Shown piece by piece: positions 1 through 16,090 of a stretch of DNA of 64,000 nucleotides. A program made the position numbers and the translations under genes. The notes under the pieces are model-generated. The model did no database searches, was not told the origin of the DNA, and worked only from the letters and a program-made list of their open reading frames with translations. The stretch is taken from assembly GCF_053078305.1 (NCBI RefSeq), contig NZ_CP166879.1; one strand, given 5' to 3'. Position 1 is the stretch's first letter. The number at the start of each line of letters is the position of its first letter.

Positions 1-1016
1 ATCTCGATGCCATCAGTGCGCAATCCTTGCGGCTGGTGCGCTCAATTTTGATGTTGATCGCCCTGCTTTCGGTCATTGTGCTGTGGTCAGAAATCCATTC
101 CGCTTTCGGCTTCCTCGAAAATATTTCGCTGTGGGATGTCACTTCCACGGTACAGGGCGTGGAAAGTCTGGAGCCGATTACCCTCGGTGCGGTGCTGATT
201 GCCATTCTGGTGTTTATCATCACCACGCAGCTGGTGCGCAACCTGCCCGCGCTGCTGGAACTGGCGATTTTGCAGCACCTGGATTTAACGCCGGGTACGG
301 GTTACGCCATCACCACCATCACCAAATATTTGCTGATGCTGATTGGCGGGCTGGTCGGCTTCTCAATGATTGGTATTGAGTGGTCGAAATTGCAGTGGCT
401 GGTTGCCGCGCTCGGTGTTGGTCTCGGTTTTGGTTTGCAGGAAATTTTCGCCAACTTTATCTCTGGCCTGATCATCCTGTTCGAAAAACCGATTCGCATT
501 GGCGATACGGTAACGATCCGCGATCTTACTGGTAGCGTGACAAAAATTAACACCCGCGCCACCACCATCAGCGACTGGGACCGTAAAGAGATAATCGTGC
601 CGAACAAGGCGTTTATTACCGAGCAGTTTATCAACTGGTCGCTCTCTGACTCGGTCACGCGCGTGGTGTTGACGATTCCGGCCCCTGCCGATGCCAACAG
701 TGAAGAAGTGACGGAAATCCTGCTCACCGCAGCGCGTCGCTGCTCGCTGGTGATCGACAACCCGGCACCGGAAGTCTTCCTGGTGGATCTGCAACAGGGG
801 ATTCAGATTTTCGAGCTGCGTATTTACGCCGCTGAGATGGGTCACCGTATGCCGCTACGCCATGAGATCCACCAGCTGATTCTGGCTGGCTTCCATGCCC
901 ACGGTATCGATATGCCATTCCCGCCCTTCCAGATGCGTCTGGAAAGCCTCAACGGTAAACAAACGGGGAGAACGCTGACGTCTGCGGGCAAAGGTCGTCA
1001 GGCGGGAAGTTTGTAA
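1..1016 (+). CDS. mscM: Mechanosensitive channel MscM (YjeP), C-terminal portion; 5' end lies upstream of window
   Basis: Frame is open from the window edge (no stop before 27); translation shows MscS-family channel domain (GLQEIFANFISGLIILFEKPIRIGDTVTI); position next to yjeM/epmA matches K-12 synteny. Confidence 0.75.
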   Translation, partial: LDAISAQSLRLVRSILMLIALLSVIVLWSEIHSAFGFLENISLWDVTSTVQGVESLEPITLGAVLIAILVFIITTQLVRNLPALLELAILQHLDLTPGTGYAITTITKYLLMLIGGLVGFSMIGIEWSKLQWLVAALGVGLGFGLQEIFANFISGLIILFEKPIRIGDTVTIRDLTGSVTKINTRATTISDWDRKEIIVPNKAFITEQFINWSLSDSVTRVVLTIPAPADANSEEVTEILLTAARRCSLVIDNPAPEVFLVDLQQGIQIFELRIYAAEMGHRMPLRHEIHQLILAGFHAHGIDMPFPPFQMRLESLNGKQTGRTLTSAGKGRQAGSL

Positions 1017-1166
1017 TGCATGAAGCTGCCAAATGATGTCAACGTGGCTCATTTAGCAGCTTAACATCATCTTCAGTTATCACCGGCCCTGGAGAGTATC
1101 ATCCATACGCATTACTTCCTGACAACTCATCGCCGGAGAGACGATGAGTTGCAGGATTTCATATGA

Positions 1167-2669
1167 TCAGTCGAGAGCTAACTCAGGTTTATTCGCCATG
1201 CGACTGCAATAGTTCTGGTAAATCGCCATCGCTAACAGCGAGAAGAAGACAGGGCCGCCAATCATCCACAATGTGCTGTCCCAGTCTCCGGCTTCAACCA
1301 CAGGCTGAATAATGGTGAAGACGTTCGCAAATGTCACCACCAGAACGACAACCACCGTCGCAATCATTGCCGACATACGCGTTTTGAAAATCACAAATGG
1401 TCTGTCGAGATCCTGACGTGCTTTAAAGAATGGGAAAGCCAGCGCGAGGAACAGGTAAGGAAGCGTCATAGACACGTTCGCCATCAGCGTCAGCTTGTTA
1501 AAGAACGCCGATGCGGTACCGCCACCAAACGAAACCAGCAGGATGAAGACAGTAACCAACCCGCACTGCATCCACATGGCGATAGACGGCATCCCCATCG
1601 CATTCAGGCGCGTCATCGGTTCCGGCCACAACGCTTTCGGCGTCCCCTGGATGATGGCTTTCAGCGGTGAATAGCAAAGCGTAAAGAACGCACCGGTATA
1701 AGCGAGGAACATCGAAAGTCCGGTAATACGCGCAAACCATACGCCCAGCGACAATGACGCTTCAGGAGACAAATGCAGTGCGTTACCCAGCGTCACCCCG
1801 AGGCTCTTCATCAGCACATAGGTAATATTGCCGAGGTTAACGGAACCATTACTTAATACCTGCTGCCAGTTTGTGCTGACGCCCCATAAAAATATTGCCA
1901 GCGAATAACCGATTGAAATAACAATAGCGGCAAAAACAATACCTTTGGCAAAGTTCTTTTCTGGATTTTCCGTTTTATCGACCAGACCACCAACCGCTTC
2001 AATTCCGCCATAGGCAAAAATAGCAAATACCACAAACGATAACATTGCCAGACCGGACTGATAACCTGGGTTCGGTGATGTAAGGAAATTAATATCCTGC
2101 GCGAAATGCCCACCATTTAATAACAAAATAGTAATGCTTACTAACAGCAATACTAAATTCAGACACATTACTGCAATACCGCCCACCGCAGTAATGCGGG
2201 CAATTTTATTAATCCCCTTAGAAGCAACGACGGTGACCAGAATCATCCATGCCACTGCCAGCAGACCAACCACCTGCGTAGGCTCCAGTCCGGCAATACG
2301 CCAGTGCTGGGTCATGTCGCTACCATAGAGGAATGTTGAGAACGGTACCCAAACTTTCGCGGAGGTACTCACCATCCAGATGATATAAGAGGAAAACCAC
2401 ATAAACGTACCAATGAAGGCAAAACGTGGTCCGACACTATTATTCATCCAGGAATAGATACCACCTTCTTCTTTGCGATAAGCAGCTCCCATTTCAGCCA
2501 TCATTAAGGCGAATGGAATAAAGAATAACAATGCAGAAAATATATAAAAGGGAATCGCACTATAACCCATTAAGTAATAAGCCGATGGGCTATTGGCAAA
2601 TCCAAATACGGAAGTAAAGATCATCAATATGAGTCCTATCAGACTCATCTTTTTTATCGTGTGAGGCAT
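1167..2669 (-). CDS. yjeM: APC-family amino acid/polyamine transporter YjeM
   Basis: Long multi-pass membrane protein ORF (track 1167..2711); start placed at MPHTIKKMSLIG (ATG 2669) giving about 500 aa; synteny between mscM and epmA. Confidence 0.8.
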   Translation of the reverse strand: MPHTIKKMSLIGLILMIFTSVFGFANSPSAYYLMGYSAIPFYIFSALLFFIPFALMMAEMGAAYRKEEGGIYSWMNNSVGPRFAFIGTFMWFSSYIIWMVSTSAKVWVPFSTFLYGSDMTQHWRIAGLEPTQVVGLLAVAWMILVTVVASKGINKIARITAVGGIAVMCLNLVLLLVSITILLLNGGHFAQDINFLTSPNPGYQSGLAMLSFVVFAIFAYGGIEAVGGLVDKTENPEKNFAKGIVFAAIVISIGYSLAIFLWGVSTNWQQVLSNGSVNLGNITYVLMKSLGVTLGNALHLSPEASLSLGVWFARITGLSMFLAYTGAFFTLCYSPLKAIIQGTPKALWPEPMTRLNAMGMPSIAMWMQCGLVTVFILLVSFGGGTASAFFNKLTLMANVSMTLPYLFLALAFPFFKARQDLDRPFVIFKTRMSAMIATVVVVLVVTFANVFTIIQPVVEAGDWDSTLWMIGGPVFFSLLAMAIYQNYCSRMANKPELALD

Positions 2670-2887
2670 GAAACCATCCTTCATTTCAGCGCGTGTATAA
2701 AACGCGCCCACTGAACTGCACTGCCCAACATTGAGCGGGCAGCGTAAAAACCAATACAGAATTGATACCTGGATGATATCAAATATCCAGTCTTAAATTG
2801 TGGCCTTTAGCGGAAAAATGAAAACATATGCTACAGAATGGCGCTTATCACGCCATTCTTCGCTGTTAATTCAGTAATTTTTCAGAA

Positions 2888-3865
2888 TTATGCCCGGTCA
2901 ACGCTAAAGGCGATGACTTCAGCCAGTGTCTCCGCACCCAGCGCCAACATCACCAGACGATCAACGCCCAATGCCACGCCGGAACAGTCAGGCATACCGA
3001 CTTTCAAGGCTTCAATCAGATTCTGGTCAATGGGGTGCTGCGGCAAACCACGCGCCGCGCGCTTACGGTTATCTTGTTCAAAGCGTTGTTGCTGCTCACG
3101 GGCATCCGTCAATTCATGGAAACCATTCGCCAGCTCAATACCTTTATAATAAACCTCAAAGCGTTCAGCGACCCGATGATCTTCGGTACTGATTTGCGCC
3201 AGTGATGCCTGGCTGGCTGGAAAGTGGTACACAAAGGTCGGTTTTTCTTTACCAATATTTGGCTCTACGCCAAAGGTAAACAGCAATTGTAGCAACGTGT
3301 CGCGGTCTTCTTCGGTATCAGCAACATTGCTCAAATCCAGTTTCGCTGCCACTTCCCGCAGTTGCGTTTTGTCGGCAGAGAGTGGGTCAATTTCCAGATA
3401 ACGCAAGAAAGCTTGTTGATAAGAAAGGCTTTCTGCTGCCGGGCAGTCCAGCACCTGTTGTAAGAGATCGTCCACCTCGTTCATCAACCGGTACATATCA
3501 TAGTGCGGTCGATACCACTCCAGCATAGTGAACTCAGGGTTGTGATAACGCCCCATCTCTTCATTACGAAAGCTGCGGCACAGCTGGAATACCGGCCCAC
3601 AACCGGCAACCAGCAGGCGTTTCATATGGTATTCCGGGCTGGTCATTAACCAGAGATTCATCCCCTGCGAATGCCCGGGGCCAACGAAACGTGTCTCAAA
3701 CGGGACCAAATGAATATCGGTTACCGTCGCCTGGCTCATACAAGGCGTCTCCACCTCCAGCACTCCACGATCGGCAAAGAAACGACGGATCTCCGCCATA
3801 ATCGCCGCGCGTTTTAATAAGTTAGGAATGGATGCGCTCGGCTGCCAGGATGCCGTTTCGCTCAT
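2888..3865 (-). CDS. epmA: EF-P lysine-34 lysyltransferase EpmA (PoxA/YjeA), class II aaRS-like
   Basis: Translation [30 protein letters not shown] with LysRS-like catalytic core; start at ATG 3865 (track ORF has a 15-codon upstream extension); divergent from frdA. Confidence 0.9.
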   Translation of the reverse strand: MSETASWQPSASIPNLLKRAAIMAEIRRFFADRGVLEVETPCMSQATVTDIHLVPFETRFVGPGHSQGMNLWLMTSPEYHMKRLLVAGCGPVFQLCRSFRNEEMGRYHNPEFTMLEWYRPHYDMYRLMNEVDDLLQQVLDCPAAESLSYQQAFLRYLEIDPLSADKTQLREVAAKLDLSNVADTEEDRDTLLQLLFTFGVEPNIGKEKPTFVYHFPASQASLAQISTEDHRVAERFEVYYKGIELANGFHELTDAREQQQRFEQDNRKRAARGLPQHPIDQNLIEALKVGMPDCSGVALGVDRLVMLALGAETLAEVIAFSVDRA

Positions 3866-4042
3866 AGTTAAATCTCCAGTTTTTGACAAGGGCACGAAGT
3901 CTACTCGCAACGCGACGGCGAGACAAATTTTACGCAGGAATCAAACAACGGTGGGCAGTGACTAAAAAAAGCACGATCTGATGGTTTAGTAATTAAATTA
4001 ATCATCTTCAGTGATAATTTAGCCCTCTTGCGCACTAAAAAA

Positions 4043-4058
4043 ATCGATCTCGTCAAAT
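4043..4058 (+). promoter_or_regulatory. Candidate FNR binding site of the frdA promoter (TCGATctcgTCAAA)
   Basis: Dyad resembling the FNR consensus TTGAT-N4-ATCAA about 140 bp upstream of the frdA GTG; frd is a known FNR-activated operon. Confidence 0.4.
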
Positions 4059-4189
4059 TTCAGACTTATCCATCAGACTATACTGTTGTACCTATAAAGG
4101 AGCAGTGGAATAGCGTTCGCAGACCGTAACTTTCAGGCACTTACCCTGAAGTACGGGGCTGTGGGATAAAAACAATCTGGAGGAATGTC

Positions 4190-5990
4190 GTGCAAACCTT
4201 TCAAGCCGATCTTGCCATTGTAGGCGCCGGTGGCGCGGGATTACGTGCTGCAATTGCTGCCGCGCAGGCAAATCCAAATGCAAAAATCGCACTAATCTCA
4301 AAAGTATACCCGATGCGTAGCCATACCGTTGCTGCAGAAGGGGGCTCCGCCGCTGTCGCGCAGGATCATGACAGCTTCGAATATCACTTTCACGATACAG
4401 TAGCGGGTGGCGACTGGTTGTGTGAGCAGGATGTCGTGGATTATTTCGTCCACCACTGCCCAACCGAAATGACCCAACTGGAACTGTGGGGGTGCCCATG
4501 GAGCCGTCGCCCGGATGGTAGCGTCAACGTACGTCGCTTCGGCGGCATGAAAATCGAGCGTACCTGGTTCGCCGCCGATAAGACCGGCTTCCATATGCTG
4601 CACACGCTGTTCCAGACCTCTCTGCAATTCCCGCAGATCCAGCGTTTTGACGAACATTTCGTGCTGGATATTCTGGTTGATGATGGTCATGTTCGCGGCC
4701 TGGTAGCAATGAACATGATGGAAGGCACGCTGGTGCAGATCCGTGCTAACGCGGTCGTTATGGCTACTGGCGGTGCGGGTCGCGTTTATCGTTACAACAC
4801 CAACGGCGGCATCGTTACCGGTGACGGTATGGGTATGGCGCTAAGCCACGGCGTTCCGCTGCGTGACATGGAATTCGTTCAGTATCACCCAACCGGTCTG
4901 CCAGGTTCCGGTATCCTGATGACCGAAGGTTGCCGCGGTGAAGGCGGTATTCTGGTCAACAAAAATGGCTACCGTTATCTGCAAGATTACGGCATGGGCC
5001 CGGAAACTCCGCTGGGCGAGCCGAAAAACAAATATATGGAACTGGGTCCACGCGACAAAGTTTCTCAGGCCTTCTGGCACGAATGGCGTAAAGGCAACAC
5101 CATCTCCACGCCGCGTGGTGATGTGGTTTATCTCGACCTGCGTCACCTCGGCGAGAAAAAACTGCATGAACGTCTGCCGTTCATCTGCGAACTGGCGAAA
5201 GCGTACGTTGGCGTCGATCCGGTTAAAGAACCGATTCCGGTACGTCCGACCGCACACTACACCATGGGCGGTATCGAAACCGATCAGAACTGTGAAACCC
5301 GCATTAAAGGTCTGTTCGCCGTGGGTGAATGTTCCTCTGTTGGTCTGCACGGTGCAAACCGTCTGGGTTCTAACTCCCTGGCGGAACTGGTGGTCTTCGG
5401 CCGTCTGGCCGGTGAACAAGCGACAGAGCGTGCAGCAACTGCCGGTAATGGCAACGAAGCGGCAATTGAAGCGCAGGCAGCTGGCGTTGAACAACGTCTG
5501 AAAGATCTGGTTAACCAGGATGGCGGCGAAAACTGGGCGAAGATCCGCGACGAAATGGGCCTGGCTATGGAAGAAGGCTGCGGTATCTACCGTACGCCGG
5601 AACTGATGCAGAAAACCATCGACAAGCTGGCAGAGCTGCAGGAACGCTTCAAGCGCGTGCGCATCACCGACACTTCCAGCGTGTTCAACACCGACCTGCT
5701 CTACACCATTGAACTGGGCCACGGTCTGAACGTTGCTGAATGTATGGCGCACTCCGCAATGGCACGTAAAGAGTCCCGCGGCGCACACCAGCGTCTGGAC
5801 GAAGGTTGCACCGAGCGTGACGACGTCAACTTCCTCAAACACACCCTCGCCTTCCGCGATGCTGATGGCACGACTCGCCTGGAGTACAGCGACGTGAAGA
5901 TTACTACGCTACCGCCAGCTAAACGCGTTTACGGTGGCGAAGCGGATGCAGCCGATAAGGCGGAAGCAGCCAATAAGAAGGAGAAGGCGA

Positions 5991-5998
<8 letters not shown>
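4190..5998 (+). CDS. frdA: Fumarate reductase flavoprotein subunit FrdA
   Basis: 602-aa ORF with GTG start; N-terminal FAD-binding motif [15 protein letters not shown]; followed by frdBCD. Confidence 0.95.
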
Positions 5999-7131
<1,133 letters not shown>

Positions 7132-7141
7132 GGAGCCTGAG

Positions 7142-8697
<1,556 letters not shown>

Positions 8698-8707
8698 AAT
8701 TTCATCG

Positions 8708-8730
8708 GGTCCGAATTTTCGGACCTTTTC
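8708..8730 (+). terminator. Rho-independent terminator after ampC
   Basis: GGTCCG-aatttt-CGGACC followed by TTTTC. Confidence 0.5.
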
Positions 8731-8785
8731 TCCGCTTTTCCTTGCTGTCATCTACACTTAGAAAAAAACCAGTAAGGAAACATTT

Positions 8786-9319
8786 ATGCGCCTGCTCCCT
8801 CTCGTTGCCGCAGCGACAGCTGCATTTCTGGTCGTTGCCTGCAGTTCTCCTACGCCGCCGCGTGGCGTGACCGTAGTGAATAATTTCGACGCCAAACGTT
8901 ATCTCGGTACCTGGTATGAGATTGCCCGTTTTGATCACCGCTTTGAACGTGGACTGGAAAAAGTCACCGCAACATACAGCCTGCGTGATGACGGCGGCCT
9001 GAATGTCATTAATAAAGGCTATAACCCTGACAGAGAAATGTGGCAGCAGAGTGAAGGGAAAGCGTACTTTACCGGCGCACCAACTCGCGCTGCGCTGAAA
9101 GTGTCATTCTTTGGTCCTTTCTATGGCGGTTATAACGTTATTGCACTCGATCGGGAATACCGCCATGCGCTGGTTTGCGGTCCGGACCGCGACTACCTGT
9201 GGATACTCTCCCGCACGCCAACCATTTCTGACGAAGTGAAACAGGAGATGCTGGCAGTCGCGACCCGGGAAGGGTTTGATGTCAGTAAGTTTATTTGGGT
9301 ACAGCAGCCCGGTAGTTAG
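8786..9319 (+). CDS. blc: Outer-membrane lipocalin Blc
   Basis: Lipoprotein signal with lipobox LVVAC; lipocalin motif [11 protein letters not shown]; synteny next to ampC. Confidence 0.9.
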   Translation: MRLLPLVAAATAAFLVVACSSPTPPRGVTVVNNFDAKRYLGTWYEIARFDHRFERGLEKVTATYSLRDDGGLNVINKGYNPDREMWQQSEGKAYFTGAPTRAALKVSFFGPFYGGYNVIALDREYRHALVCGPDRDYLWILSRTPTISDEVKQEMLAVATREGFDVSKFIWVQQPGS

Positions 9320-9633
9320 TGAGTGCTGAGTTTCAGACCAATAATCCCCAATACGATTAACGCCAGACTCGCCAGACGCATCGGGTTAGCGGACTCACCG
9401 AGCAGCACAATGCCGGTGATGGCCGCGCCGACTGCGCCAATACCCGTCCACACGGCATAAGCCGTCCCTACTGGTAACGCTTTCATCGCCCAGGCAAGTA
9501 GCGCCATACTGACAATCATCGCCGTCACGGTAATAACACTCGGCGTCAAACGACTAAAGCCGTGGGTATATTTCAGGCCAACGGCCCATACCACTTCCAG
9601 CAGACCAGCAATAACTAAGATAATCCAGGACAT
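9316..9633 (-). CDS. gdx: SMR-family guanidinium exporter Gdx (SugE)
   Basis: 105-aa four-helix SMR protein starting [14 protein letters not shown] (ATG 9633); convergent with blc with a 4-bp overlap. Confidence 0.9.
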   Translation of the reverse strand: MSWIILVIAGLLEVVWAVGLKYTHGFSRLTPSVITVTAMIVSMALLAWAMKALPVGTAYAVWTGIGAVGAAITGIVLLGESANPMRLASLALIVLGIIGLKLSTH

Positions 9634-9813
9634 ATCAGGCTCCGGAGAATTGGGGCCGTCCCCGGTGAAAAGAGGCGTTTGCAGGTCGTCCTGCAAAGCT
9701 GATGGTTGAACGGATATTTTGCCAGGTGGCAGAGGAATTTCAACTATTACCTTTGTGACTATCGCAAAAAAACAAACGGCACGACACAGCTGTCGTACCG
9801 TTATTGCTTATTG

Positions 9814-9960
9814 CTATTGCTGCGCTTTCGTTGCTGCGCCAGAAATCGCGTTACCGCCATCAGAAATGTCTTCACCAACGCCACGCGTGGTGTTGCAGGC
9901 AGTTAATACTGTTGAAAGCACCAGAACAGAAAAGATCGCTGCAATTGTCTTCTTCACCAT
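9814..9960 (-). CDS. ecnB: Entericidin B lipoprotein
   Basis: Hand-translated 48 aa: [48 protein letters not shown]; too short for the ORF track. Confidence 0.8.
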
Positions 9961-10070
9961 AACGTCTTCCTTTTAGGTAATGTTATTTATGTTTGCCTAT
10001 AGCAAATTAATAATAGACAACATCGCCAAAAATGATGGAAATCTGATGATTTTTCGGAAGAGAAGAAAAA

Positions 10071-10196
10071 TTAGCTGGCAGCGCGGGAGATGGAGTTGCC
10101 GAGATGTTTGATGTCTTCGCCGAAACCGCGAGCGGTGTTACAGCCCGTGAGCAGCGTGCTGGCAAGCAAAACAAGAACGATAAGGCGTTTCATCAT
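10071..10196 (-). CDS. ecnA: Entericidin A lipoprotein
   Basis: Hand-translated 41 aa: [41 protein letters not shown]; between efp and ecnB. Confidence 0.8.
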   Translation of the reverse strand: MMKRLIVLVLLASTLLTGCNTARGFGEDIKHLGNSISRAAS

Positions 10197-10247
10197 CTCT
10201 GACCTGAATAAGTGATGGTGCAGCCTGCAGGCCGCACCACAACCGCA

Positions 10248-10814
10248 TTACTTCACGCGAGAGACGTATTCACCAGAGCGGGTATCCACTTTGATGACTT
10301 CGCCGATTTGTACGAACAGCGGAACTTTAACCACAGCGCCAGTAGACAGGGTAGCCGGTTTGCCGCCAGTACCTGCGGTATCACCTTTCAGGCCCGGATC
10401 GGTATCAACGATTTCCAGTTCAACGAAGTTCGGCGGAGTAACGGAGATCGGCTGACCATTCCACAGAGTTACGATACACTCTGCCTGATCCAGCAGCCAT
10501 TTAGCGTTGTCGCCAATTGCTTTTGCGTCAGCAGACAGCTGCTCGAAAGTTTCGTTGTTCATGAAGTGCCAGAACTCACCGTCGTTGTACAGGTAAGTCA
10601 GGTTCATATCGACAACATCAGCGCCTTCAGCGGAATCAGTAGATTTGAAGGTTTTTTCTACGCGAGTACCGGTCAGCAGACGACGCAGTTTAACGCGAGC
10701 AAATGCCTGGCCTTTACCCGGTTTTACGAATTCACTCGCTTCAACCGCGTAAGGTTCGCCGTCTAACATGATTTTAAGACCAGCACGAAAATCGTTGCTA
10801 TAGTACGTTGCCAT
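10248..10814 (-). CDS. efp: Translation elongation factor P
   Basis: 188 aa, [24 protein letters not shown] with the modified-lysine loop KPGKGQAF. Confidence 0.95.
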
Positions 10815-10855
10815 AAGGCCCTCTGAAATTTGTTAATTGGTAGCTAAGCCACAAA

Positions 10856-11884
10856 ATGGCGCATATTGTAACCCTAAATACCCCATCCAGAGAAGATTGG
10901 TTAACGCAACTTGCCGATGTTGTGACCGATCCTGATGAACTTCTGCGTCTTTTGAATATAGACGCGGAGGAAAAACTGTTGGCCGGACGCAGCGCCAAAA
11001 AGCTGTTTGCCCTGCGTGTGCCCCGCTCATTTATCGATCGAATGGAGAAAGGCAATCCGGACGATCCGCTTTTGCGTCAGGTACTTACCTCGCAAGATGA
11101 GTTTGCCATCGCGCCCGGATTCTCCACCGACCCGCTGGAAGAACAGCACAGCGTAGTGCCTGGTTTGTTGCATAAATACCACAACCGGGCGCTTTTGCTG
11201 GTCAAAGGCGGCTGCGCGGTAAATTGCCGCTATTGCTTCCGTCGCCACTTCCCCTATGCCGAAAATCAGGGCAACAAGCGTAACTGGCAAACTGCACTTG
11301 AGTATGTTGCTGCGCATCCGGAACTGGACGAGATGATTTTCTCCGGCGGCGATCCGCTGATGGCGAAAGATCACGAGCTGGACTGGTTGCTCACACAACT
11401 GGAAGCCATCCCGCATATCAAACGTCTGCGGATTCACAGCCGTCTGCCGATTGTGATCCCGGCACGTATCACCGAGGCGCTGGTTGAACGCTTTGCCCGT
11501 TCTACGCTGCAAATCTTGCTGGTGAATCACATCAATCATGCCAATGAGGTAGATGAAACATTCCGTCAGGCGATGGCTAAGTTGCGCCGGGTAGGCGTTA
11601 CTTTGCTGAACCAGAGCGTTCTGTTACGTGATGTGAACGATAACGCACAAACGCTGGCAAACCTGAGTAATGCGTTGTTCGATGCCGGCGTAATGCCGTA
11701 TTACCTGCATGTGCTCGATAAAGTACAGGGCGCGGCGCATTTTATGGTGAGTGATGACGAAGCACGGCAGATTATGCGTGAGTTGCTGACACTGGTGTCG
11801 GGATATCTGGTGCCGAAACTGGCGCGAGAAATTGGCGGCGAACCCAGCAAAACGCCGCTGGATCTCCAGCTACGCCAGCAGTAA
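10856..11884 (+). CDS. epmB: EF-P beta-lysylation enzyme EpmB (lysine 2,3-aminomutase-like radical SAM)
   Basis: 342 aa with radical-SAM cysteine motif CAVNCRYCFRRHF; divergent from efp. Confidence 0.9.
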   Translation: MAHIVTLNTPSREDWLTQLADVVTDPDELLRLLNIDAEEKLLAGRSAKKLFALRVPRSFIDRMEKGNPDDPLLRQVLTSQDEFAIAPGFSTDPLEEQHSVVPGLLHKYHNRALLLVKGGCAVNCRYCFRRHFPYAENQGNKRNWQTALEYVAAHPELDEMIFSGGDPLMAKDHELDWLLTQLEAIPHIKRLRIHSRLPIVIPARITEALVERFARSTLQILLVNHINHANEVDETFRQAMAKLRRVGVTLLNQSVLLRDVNDNAQTLANLSNALFDAGVMPYYLHVLDKVQGAAHFMVSDDEARQIMRELLTLVSGYLVPKLAREIGGEPSKTPLDLQLRQQ

Positions 11885-11916
11885 CTGATTAAACAGGGAA
11901 GTCAAACATTAAAATT

Positions 11917-12016
<100 letters not shown>

Positions 12017-12278
12017 AGAGCAACAAACGCAAGTACAGCAACCTGTCATTAAACAGGGAAGTTTAATCTTTGCCCGTTGCATAACCTTTAATTATTCATA
12101 TGCATTGCTGTTGTTACTCTTTATATAACTAACACCAATAATTAACCTTTCTTTTCTGTTTATATAGAGTGAGTACGGCTATTTATGTTATTTTAACAAC
12201 TATTACTACCAAGCCCATTTATCTGGCTTATAAATTAAAATTAATTATTTAATTGAGAAATGGTTAGGGAGAACCTAC

Positions 12279-13148
12279 ATGGCCATAAGCATCAAGGGTG
12301 TTAATACCGGTGTTATTCGCAAGAGTAATAATTTCATTGCACTGGCGCTGAAAATTAAAGAACCTCGCAATAAAGAATCGTTGTTCTTTATGTCTGTCAT
12401 GGAACTGCGCGACCTGCTGATTGCGCTGGAAAGTCGTCTGCATCAAAAGCATAAACTGGATGCTGCTGCACGCCTTCAGTATGAGCAAGCTCGCGATAAA
12501 GTCATTAAGAAAATGGCAGAAAACATCCCAGAAATTCTGGTTGATGAGCTTAAAAATGCCGATATTAATCGTCGGGTTAACACGCTGGAACTTACCGATA
12601 ATCAAGGCGAAAATCTTACCTTCGTATTAACGCTACATGACGGTAGCAAATGTGAGTTAGTCGTCAATGAGTTGCAGATTGAAATGCTGGCGCGAGCAAT
12701 CATTCATGCAATTAATAATGCGGAAATGCGTGAACTGGCATTACGTATTACCTCACTGTTAGATTTCCTGCCGTTATATGACGTTGACTGCCAGCAAAAT
12801 GGCAATCTGGAATATGACACCTATTCCCAACCGGAATGGAAACATAACTTGTTCGACCATTATCTGGCGGTGCTTTACCGCTTTAAAGATGAAAGTGGCA
12901 AAGAACAATTTAGCGGCGCAGTGGTGAAAACGCGTGAAGCAACGCCGGGTAAAGAAATAGAGGCGATCACTCGCCGAATGCTTGATTTCAGCCCACGACT
13001 GAAAAAACTCGTGGGTGTGCCATGTCAGGTCTATGTTCGCACCGTAGCGGCGAATAACGCCCAACCGCTAACCCAGGATCAATGCTTACGCGCGCTGCAT
13101 CACTTACGTGTTCAATCCACCAGCAAAACTGCACCACAGGCGAAATAA
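12279..13148 (+). CDS. yjeJ: Uncharacterized protein YjeJ
   Basis: 289-aa ORF in the position YjeJ occupies between epmB and yjeI in K-12; AT-rich upstream region. Confidence 0.65.
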   Translation: MAISIKGVNTGVIRKSNNFIALALKIKEPRNKESLFFMSVMELRDLLIALESRLHQKHKLDAAARLQYEQARDKVIKKMAENIPEILVDELKNADINRRVNTLELTDNQGENLTFVLTLHDGSKCELVVNELQIEMLARAIIHAINNAEMRELALRITSLLDFLPLYDVDCQQNGNLEYDTYSQPEWKHNLFDHYLAVLYRFKDESGKEQFSGAVVKTREATPGKEIEAITRRMLDFSPRLKKLVGVPCQVYVRTVAANNAQPLTQDQCLRALHHLRVQSTSKTAPQAK

Positions 13149-13167
13149 TCTCATCTTTGCTAATGCG

Positions 13168-13313
<146 letters not shown>

Positions 13314-13340
13314 GGCAATTATACGTTTGTCACCATCACA

Positions 13341-13694
13341 TCAGTTCGGGCACTTATATACCTGGCCGATAATCTGGCTATCCGTCGGGACAAAACTGGA
13401 CAACATTCCCTGCGACGGGCTACTGATGCCATAAATCACGTTACCGCCCATTGCAGCCGCCTGGTTGCGCAGATCGTTTGCTGCGCCGCGCATAGAACCG
13501 CCTTCTTCTCCGTGTTGCCCGGAAAGCCAGTTGCTTTGCTTACCTGTCGCAGTACCAATCAGCTGGCACTCTGCGCCTGGCTGCTCGTCCACAATGCGTA
13601 CACTCTGACCGGCAGCACTCAATTCGTTGCTGGAGCTACAACCCGCCATCAGTAGCGCGGCACCGACAATCCCTGCTAAGTATTTTACGTGCAT
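13341..13694 (-). CDS. yjeI: DUF4156-type lipoprotein YjeI
   Basis: Start MHVKYLAGIVGAALLMAGCSSS (lipobox); 117 aa; the track ORF 13341..13727 has an upstream extension. Confidence 0.75.
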   Translation of the reverse strand: MHVKYLAGIVGAALLMAGCSSSNELSAAGQSVRIVDEQPGAECQLIGTATGKQSNWLSGQHGEEGGSMRGAANDLRNQAAAMGGNVIYGISSPSQGMLSSFVPTDSQIIGQVYKCPN

Positions 13695-13772
13695 GTTATT
13701 CCCCATAATCAATGAGCTGGACGCCACTCGCGTCGTCCGTGTCTGAATCTTATACTAGAAAGATGACCAAAA

Positions 13773-13806
13773 GAAAAACCCCCAGACATTTCTGCCCGGG
13801 GGTTTG
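13773..13806 (-). terminator. Rho-independent terminator of the groESL operon
   Basis: On the minus strand: CCCCCGGGCAGAAATGTCTGGGGG hairpin followed by a T run, immediately 3' of groEL. Confidence 0.6.
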
Positions 13807-13831
13807 TTTATTTCTGCGAGGTGCAGGGCAA

Positions 13832-15490
<1,659 letters not shown>

Positions 15491-15521
15491 TTAAATTCGT
15501 ATGTTCAGTGTCGTGCGAGGA

Positions 15522-15866
<345 letters not shown>

Positions 15867-15892
15867 TTACGTGGTTTCCCGGCTGGTGACCA

Positions 15893-15926
15893 GAGAAATG
15901 GGGATGAGGCTTCGCCCCTTCAAGGG
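15893..15926 (-). promoter_or_regulatory. Sigma-32 heat-shock promoter of groESL
   Basis: Minus-strand sequence CCCCCTTGAAGGGGCGAAGCCTCATCCCCATTTCTC carries the sigma-32 -35 (CTTGAA) and -10 (CCCCATTT) elements upstream of groES. Confidence 0.7.
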
Positions 15927-16090
15927 GGAAAAAGAAAAAAAATTCTGATCAGCACAAAATCGGGTGAAAACCCTGATTCACCTCACATTTCATCGCAATT
16001 TCTTCATCACCGTCATAAGCGAATCTGATTGTGCTACCATCGAAAATCTACGCAGTTGCCCAAAATTTGGGCGCAATCGGACATCAACCC

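Noticed and set aside
4841-5842. 333-aa minus-strand ORF inside frdA
   Set aside because: Antisense to a confidently identified conserved gene; no independent signal.
10212-10766. 184-aa plus-strand ORF overlapping efp
   Set aside because: Antisense to efp.
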